Below, one piece after another: positions 56,796-64,000 of a stretch of DNA of 64,000 bases; the stretch's first letter is position 1; each line of letters starts with the position of its first letter. Source of the stretch: Octopus vulgaris (Eukaryota); NCBI GenBank assembly GCA_951406725.2, contig OX597836.1:28024001-28088000 (forward strand), read 5' to 3'. The translations under genes and the position numbers were made by a program. The notes beneath the pieces are model-generated. The model did no database searches, was not told where the DNA came from, and worked only from the letters and a program-made list of their open reading frames with translations.

Positions 56796-57794
56796 CCAAT
56801 CGCTCGCTCGCTCTTCCCTCTCTCCTTCACACACATAGGTACATACAGATATACTCTTTTACTCTTTACTCTTTTACTTGTTTCAGTCATTTGACTGCGG
56901 CCATGCAACTCGACCCCGGGACCTATTCTTTTTGTAAGCCCAGTACTTATTCTATCAGTCTCTTTTTGCCGAACCGCTAAGTGACGGGGACGTAAACACA
57001 CCAGCATCGGTTGTCAAGCAATGCTAGGGGGACAAACACTCACACATGCACATATATATATATACATATATACGACAGGCTTCTTTCAGTTTCCGTCTAC
57101 CAAATCCACTCACAAGGCATTGGTCGGCCCGGGGCTATAGCAGAAGACACTTGCCCAAGATGCCACGCAGTGGGATTGAACCCAGAACCATGTGGTTGGT
57201 TAGCAAGCTACTTTATTTCATTTAATTTGCCACAAGGGCAGTACACAGATAGTAGCTACGGGCTGGACATAGACATTAATGAATGATGGTGATGGAATGA
57301 AGATGGTGATGGGAGAAGACGAAAGCGCCCGCCGACCCCCGCTTCTCTAAGACAATGTTCAATGAATACATTTAGTAAAATGTTCAAAAATGTTCAGAAT
57401 GTTCAAATTACATTTTTTCCAGAGGAGGTAATAAACCTCCTCTTCAACATGTTTAAAAATGTTCAAAATGTTCAAAAAGCGTTTAACAATTCTCCCCGTC
57501 AGGTCCCCGAAGCAAATTGTCTTGCCGCCTGCAGACAACTCTGCGACGACAAGTCGAGGCCTGCAAAGAGAAAAGTAAAATCTTTCCTCTGAAAGGTCTC
57601 TGCGACCCTTGTCAAAATATCTTCCGTTACTACCTCCGCAGCTACCCGCGGAGGCCATAACGGACTCCTTGAGCCGACCGTGTCCTTGCGTTCTCGGTCA
57701 CCCAAGCCATTTAAAAACTTTTCCACCTTCCCTCCCTTGTGGTAAAGGAGGAGAAATAACTCCTCTTCACAGGAAGGGACCTCACACTGATCCG

Positions 57795-58706
57795 TCAGTA
57801 GCACACTTCCCACTGACGGAGCCCTGTCCGCGGGTGGCACACATCCCACCCGCGGTTCCGTCGGAGACACAGAAACGTCAGACCCCTCCTTTTTCTCCTC
57901 CTTCTTTTGGGGGAGACTGCTAACCCAGGGGACTCCGTCACTAGACACGGGGGAATGCTATCCCCCTCCGCCCCCTGAGCGTTCTTTGGTGGGCAACCGT
58001 TGTTGCTCGCCAGCCTCTTTCTTTTCGTGGAGGCAACATCCTCCGTCTCCCCCTCCAATGAGGGGACGGCGGGCACCTTTTCCTTTTCATGTTCCGGGGC
58101 GGCACCACGGCCCCCGGGACACTTCTTAATATGTCCAGGCTCCGAGCACCGGTGACACTTGGGGGCGCGTCCCTCAAGCATCACCGGATACTTGGATCCG
58201 GCCATCTTCAAGAAGTCTGGCAAAACCAGACTCTTGGCCGACTGGGTCCACAGAGTCAAGGTAGTCTTTCCTCCTTCCCAGTTAGCCGCAGGCTGCATTT
58301 TCACATTCAGGATCTTGGCGCTACCACCGCTCAGACCCCGGCGGATGGAATCTTCCACCCACTCGGGCGGCAGGCCACAGACCCATAAACGTAACAATTT
58401 TTCCCCCTTGTAACTGGGGAGAAACAGAATCTCATCGCCCTCAATGGGCTGGCTTGCAAATTTGCAAGCTGCTTCAGCGGAGTCAAATAGCAACCATACC
58501 GTTGCGTATTTGACTCCCCGTTGAATATGTTTAACGGCTGGCATATAGTCTGCCAGCTCGTTCACAATGGTGTCTCTCGGAAAAACCATTATAGTGTCGA
58601 GTGACTTTGAATATGTCCTCAACACCACGGTCTTTTCCTCGAGTTCGTGCAAATATTTTTTGGGAGGTGTTAATTCCCACACAGTGAATTTCTTTGCCTG
58701 TGCCAT
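57795..58706 (-). CDS. Gag-like/ORF1 nucleic-acid-binding protein with zinc knuckle; probably extends to 57499 across a frameshift
   Basis: 303-aa non-repetitive ORF; RRM-like segments (TVWLLFDSAEAA, RLWVCGLPPEW), GRAPKCHRCSEPGHIKKCP knuckle; overlapping frame 57499-57948 continues plausibly. Confidence 0.72.
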   Translation of the reverse strand: MAQAKKFTVWELTPPKKYLHELEEKTVVLRTYSKSLDTIMVFPRDTIVNELADYMPAVKHIQRGVKYATVWLLFDSAEAACKFASQPIEGDEILFLPSYKGEKLLRLWVCGLPPEWVEDSIRRGLSGGSAKILNVKMQPAANWEGGKTTLTLWTQSAKSLVLPDFLKMAGSKYPVMLEGRAPKCHRCSEPGHIKKCPGGRGAAPEHEKEKVPAVPSLEGETEDVASTKRKRLASNNGCPPKNAQGAEGDSIPPCLVTESPGLAVSPKRRRRKRRGLTFLCLRRNRGWDVCHPRTGLRQWEVCY

Positions 58707-59059
58707 AACGTAAAATACAACAGTTCAAAATGGTGAACTAAAATTAGACACAGAAAGGAGAATGAAAATGCAACAGAAGGGAAGAAATAAAAATAGCAGT
58801 TCAAAAAAGTTTTTACAAATAAATAATAGAAGAGAAAGAGAGTTCAAATCAGGCAAAGGATTTCAGTTTTCTTCTTTCTTTTTTTTTTTTTTTTTTTCCA
58901 CACTTCATCGGCCAAAATGGTAATCCAGGCCAAATGCACTTGGTAAACCTTGGTAAATAATCCTTGGTGAAACCCTTGGTAAATAATCCTTGGTAATCCG
59001 TGGACAACACAACGACAATTTCAACAATTATTTTTTCAGACGGACTATGCCGCTTCAAA

Positions 59060-59655
59060 AATACAATTTCTTTTCACTCGACACGGGCAGAAAAATTATA
59101 TCTGGAGCAAAGTGGAGCCTTATTATTTGCTAAAAAATATTAAATGCTAAAAAACATTCATGCAAGTAATAAAACTTCACTAAACTCGCAAAAACACAAA
59201 ACGCCTACCCGTAGTCGATTCGAACGTTCAACAGTTCACGTTGAAATAACGCGACATCAATACAATTTTCTTTCCACTCGACACAGGCAGAAAAATTATA
59301 TCTGGAGCAAAGTGGAGCCCTATTATCTGCTAAAAAATATTAAATGCTAAAAAAACATTAATGCAAGTAATAAAACTTCACTTCGCTCACAAAAATACAA
59401 AATTCCTACCTTTAGTCGATTCGAACGTTCAATATTTCACGTTGAAACAACGCGACATCAATACAATTTTCTTTCCACTCGACACAGGCAGAAAAATTAT
59501 ATCTGGAGCAAAGTGGAGCCCTATTATCTGCTAAAAAATATTAAATGCTAAAAAAACATTCATGCAAGTAATAAAACTTCACTTCGCTCACAAAAATACA
59601 AAATTCCTACCTTTAGTCGAGTCAAAAGTTCAACAATTCACGTTGAAACAACGTT
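59060..59655 (-). repeat. Three tandem ~200-bp monomers in the element's 5' UTR (putative internal promoter)
   Basis: AATACAATTT..ACTCGACAC.GGCAGAAAAATTATATCTGGAGCAAAGTGGAGCC starts at ~59060, 59259 and 59460. Confidence 0.92.
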
Positions 59656-59902
59656 CATCTGGAGCAGCAAAAAAACACGTCTGAACAGTTCAGTGGTTAG
59701 CAAGCTACTTACCACACAGCCACTCCTGCGCCTATATATATTTACATAAAATAAATTATACTTCATATTCGAGGCTCCGATGAAGCTGCATGATGTCGTT
59801 CAGGCTCTCAACTATGAATCCACTGCACTTTTTTGCAGAAACAGCTGTAACGTTCATAACAACCGGGTTTCTTTTTTACTTTTTTCTTTCCTTTGTTGTT
59901 TT

Positions 59903-60044
59903 AAGTAGCTTGCTTACCAATCACATGGTTCCGGGTTCAGTCCCACTGCGTAGCACCTTGGGCAAGTGTCTTCTACTATAGCCTCGGGGCGACCAACAGC
60001 CTTGTGAGTGGACTTGGTAGACGGAAACTGAAAGAAGCCCGTCG

Positions 60045-60120
<76 letters not shown>

Positions 60121-60368
60121 CATACATATGTATGTGTGTGTGTATGCGTGTGTGTGTTTGTGTGTCTGTGTCTGTCCCCCCACCATCGCTTGACAACCGA
60201 TGGTAACGGGTCTACGTCCCCGTAACTTAGCGGTTCGGCAAAAGACACCGATAGAATAAGTGCTAGGCTTACAAAGAATAAGTCATGGAGTCGATTTGTT
60301 CGATTAAAGGCGGTGCTCCAGCATGGCCGCAGTCAAATGACTGAAACAAGTAAAAGAATAAAAGAATA
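59903..60368 (+). mobile_element. Family A SINE
   Basis: Core, microsatellite and tail present; start of head missing. Confidence 0.9.
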
Positions 60369-60465
60369 CACACACACACACACACACAAGGAAAGAATGA
60401 AGGAATTAATTCCATATATAGAACAACCATGTAGTACTCAGAATATGATCTATATGAATTATATA

Positions 60466-60818
60466 TCTCTCTATATATAAAGCTGAGGTTGTCTGTGTAT
60501 GGCAGGTTTGGTAGCCTTCAACTAACACTATCTCCTCTGAGACCCTGTGGTGCAAGTTGACCAAAATTGAGAGTATGATAGAAGTTAACCATGTTAACAC
60601 CAAAAATTATTTACATCAAAAAGGTGCTTTTTTTTCTATGAAAATCCCAATTTTTTATGACTTTTTGACTGCTGTGTCGCCATTTTTCGATGTATTTCAA
60701 CCAGAAAAATGTTCACTTAAAGAGAATAACAAGCTACATAATGCAAAATTTTTACTTTTCAAAAATTCCAATTCTAAAGGGTCAAAACAAACCCGAGCAA
60801 CGCCGGGCAATACTGCTA

Positions 60819-60819
<1 letters not shown>
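60466..60819 (+). mobile_element. Non-autonomous Helitron
   Basis: A|TC(TC)TATATATAAAGCTG..CCCGAGCAACGCCGGG-CAATACTG-CTAG|T. Confidence 0.8.
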
Positions 60820-60854
<35 letters not shown>

Positions 60855-60882
60855 AATTAATATATATATATATATCGATGCC

Positions 60883-60941
<59 letters not shown>

Positions 60942-60986
60942 ATGTGCGTGTGCATGTGCGTGTGCATGTGCGTGTGCATGTGTGTG

Positions 60987-61446
60987 TGTACAAATATTAA
61001 AGAAAATAGAGAAATATAATTGATATATCAAAAATATATTTACATTTTAATCTAATATAATATAATATAAAAAGATATAAGATAATGTAATATATTGTAA
61101 CAAGCAATTAATACAAATATAAATCCAACAATTTGCTTCGACTCATTATCCTCAAGTGAATTTATTTAAAAAATGCACATTTACGTATACAAGTCTCCTC
61201 AGGGTGGTATTTGCATGGAATTTTTGTGTCTCCCTGAAGAGCCTTGTATCTATAAATGTGACTTTTTTTTTATAAATTCATTAGTGGATATGAATCGAAA
61301 CAAATTGTGAGATTCGTATTTGTTTTAATTATTTGTTATGTTATTTTATATTTTATTATATTATATCTTTTTGTAGTACATTATATTATATTATAAATTT
61401 TCAATACGTCAATTGTATTTCTGTATTCCTTTTAACATTTGTATAT
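60987..61446. repeat. Imperfect ~220-bp-arm inverted repeat with hammerhead-like cores
   Basis: TACAAATATTAAAGAAATAGAGAAATATAATTGA pairs with TCAATTGTATTTCTGTATTCCTTTTAACATTTGTA; the right arm has CTGAAGA..GAAACAAATTGT. Confidence 0.65.
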
Positions 61447-61667
61447 TGTAATTATACCCTTCTATTTTTGGTATTTAACTGAAGTACCTGTGAAAATTGT
61501 ATGTTTTACATCCCTATATAAATCAAACGAAGGAATCGACTTTCAAATAATTTTTAATTTTATTAATTAATTTTCTGAAGGTCTAGAATTGAAACAGCTG
61601 TAAAGAATGTTGTAAATATTTCAATTAATAAATAATTTATTAATTGTCTCTGTTTTCTTATCTTATG

Positions 61668-61698
<31 letters not shown>

Positions 61699-62269
61699 GA
61701 GAGAGAGAGAGAGAGTGAGAGAGAGAGAGAGTGAGAGAGATTCAGATGAATATGGTACTTAAGTTGAGGCACCAGAATTTGATATGGTATTATCCATACA
61801 ATTTCAAAATAAGGTGATTAAAATCAAAGGATATCCTTGTTGCTTATATATATATACAAGATATTAAAAATAAGAATGGCAGATTATACATACTCAAAAG
61901 CGTATTTATTACAATATTATACGCAACATATTCAGTTAAAATTTCTGTCTAACTCGTGTTTCTACTTCATACACTTCCTAAGTTGTGGCGTCCACCTGTT
62001 GGTTCAATTGCCTGAATATAATAACACAGATGATATTCCGACCCAACCAAGGAATCTGTCCCATTTCTTGTTTCAAATTACCGATTTTATCTGTTGTCAC
62101 TCCTGACAAAATTATATTACTGTTTTGAGAGTTGGCGACGTGGAATTTGAACGCATCACGTACGAAGACGGAATATTGCAAGCCATCCCTTCCGAGTTTC
62201 TAGCAATCCTGCCAACCCAGCGTCATACGGTTGAGGACTTTCTCTCACAGAAGAATCTAATATGGATCC

Positions 62270-63214
62270 TTACAGTATCGATTACTCGATGAAAAACATA
62301 CCTATACCATCCAGGGGACTATACTCTAAAAATAAAAATCTATTGGATAAAGAATTACTGATCTTATTAAACGTATGAAATGGAAGACCTTCCATTACAA
62401 CAATGAAGAATCTATCACAGAGAACATATACCACGAAATTAAATCAAAGAAATTCCCTCCCAAAATAAAGGATTTAGGGGACTTCGAAACAGATCTACTG
62501 AAGCTTATAAACAAAACCAAGTTTCGTAAGTCCTTTAGCACTTTTCAACAGAATCTGAAAAAATACATTAAAACATTAAAAATTCCAAAAAATGGTACTT
62601 TTCCTGATAAAACCAAAAACCTTGTACCTTATAGACAACAGCACATACTCACAACTCCTAAATAACAATGTTATTAGTAATTACACTAAAGCTAGTCCGC
62701 AAGCTTATAACGACATTAATAAAGAAGCTAGTGTCATCGCCGCTAGGTTTAAATTAGATTTTAAAAAATAGAGATCCTTCCAAAAAAAAAAAGAGGCCTT
62801 TATATCTATTAAGGACTATAAGAATAAATTCCTATCTAATCCTAAATGCAGACTAATTAACCCTGCAAAATTATAAATTGGTATAATTAGTAAGGAAATT
62901 TTTTTTTTATTAATGCTAAAGTTAGAGGGGCGACTAATTTAGTACAATGGCCGAATAGTATAGAAGTTGTGAACTGGTTTAAAGCAACGAATAATAAGAA
63001 TAAATCCAGATTTACACAATTAGATATTGTAGATTTCTATGCATTCATAGGCGCAGGAGTGGCTGTTTGGTAAGTAGCTTGCTAACCAACCACATGGTTC
63101 CGGGTTCAGTCCCACTGCGTGGCATCTTGGGCACGTGTCTTCTGCTATAGCCCCGGGCCGACCAATGCCTTGTGAGTGGATTTGGTAGACGGAAACTGAA
63201 AGAAGCCTGTCGTA

Positions 63215-63246
<32 letters not shown>

Positions 63247-63900
63247 AGTGTGTGTGAATATGTTTGTGTGTCTGTGTTTGTTCCCCTAGCATTGCTTGAC
63301 AACCGATGCTGGTGTGTTTACGTCCCCGTAACTTAGCGGTTCGGCAAAAGAGACCGATAGAATAAGTACTGGGCTTACAAAGAATAAGGCCCGGGGTCGA
63401 TTTGCTCGACTAAAGGCGGTGCTCCAGCATGGCCGCAGTCAAATGACTGAAACAAGTAAAAAAAAAAAAAAATCTATTTCTAGAAAACTGCTAGATAAAG
63501 CCCTCACTTTCGCTGGCGATTTTACAGAGATTAATGAATAAGATAAGGATATAATCTTCCATATTAGAAATACGTTACTCTTCAGTGAGAACGCACAGTT
63601 GGCCGAGACAGCAGACACAGAGGGTTCTTTTGCTGTGAGCATGGGGTCATATGATGGAGCAGGCATATGCGAACTCACTGGGCTATTCCTGCTTGAGACG
63701 TTAGGAAATAGCTTTTTCGCTATTTATAGGGACAATGCTCTAATTTTAACTAAGAATACCAATGGACCAGCGCAAGATCGGTTAAGGAAGAATATTATCT
63801 AACTTATGAAAGCATTCGATCTTAGCATAACAATAGATACCAACCTGACGGTTGTCAATTTCCTTCACGTATCTCTAGATTTACAAAAGAATATCACAAA
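62270..63900 (+). pseudogene. Degraded PLE reverse transcriptase ORF (Naiad-like motifs), split by a SINE
   Basis: YSMKNIPIP, KRMKWKTFHY, DKTKNL, CRLINPAK, QLDIVDFY | SINE | MGSYDGAGICEL, YRDN (YRDD), VNFLHV; multiple stops and frameshifts. Confidence 0.88.
63049..63472 (+). mobile_element. Family A SINE, young subfamily, ending in oligo-A
   Basis: Full length; inserted right after the DFY motif of the PLE RT. Confidence 0.93.
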
Positions 63901-64000
63901 CTCTATAGAAATGCGTGAAATAAAAATTATAAAATGGCAACGATTTCCCTGTCACACCCTGTATGTATGTATGTATGTATGTATGTATGTATGCATGCAT

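Larger units (their letters stand above)
57214..59693 (-). mobile_element. ORF1-only non-LTR retroelement (L1/Tx1-like, HAL1-like architecture)
   Basis: TSD TGGTTAGCAAGCTACTT at 57197-57213 and 59694-59710; tandem 5' monomers; single gag-like ORF; A-rich 3' end; no endonuclease or RT visible. Confidence 0.8.
56853..59732 (-). mobile_element. Family A SINE split into 56853-57213 and 59694-59732 by a retroelement insertion
   Basis: The SINE head sequence resumes exactly after the 17-bp duplication. Confidence 0.92.

Noticed and set aside
57420-57445. GAGGAGGT/ACCTCCTC hairpin in the 3' UTR as a hammerhead or terminator
   Set aside because: Core nucleotides and spacing do not fit a hammerhead; bacterial terminator logic does not apply. 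It may still be a structural element.

Overview
Eukaryotic, AT-rich, microsatellite-saturated DNA whose SINE content resembles octopus (cephalopod) genomes; the taxon is my inference, not a database result. Almost all ORFs in the supplied track are translations of simple repeats. No intact host gene is evident, only a few candidate minus-strand exons and splice signals. The window is a nested mosaic of mobile elements: several tRNA-derived SINE families, two mariner elements, a maT/DD37D transposase remnant, two non-autonomous Helitrons, MITEs, R4/Dong LINE fragments in (TAA)n and four Penelope-like element (PLE) coding remnants. Four structures stand out. (1) Short hammerhead-ribozyme-bearing elements sit inside microsatellites, including fold-back palindromes with two divergent hammerheads (4197-4384; a perfect 99-bp-arm copy at 51822-52024). 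(2) A 2.5-kb ORF1-only L1/Tx1-like retroelement with a 17-bp TSD and ~200-bp 5' monomers is inserted in a SINE head (57214-59693). (3) A tRNA-Asp and a SINE appear to have retroposed together as one unit with a 6-bp TSD (168-673). (4) An 11-copy array of a 40-bp repeat is separated by variable (GT)n spacers (23241-24050).
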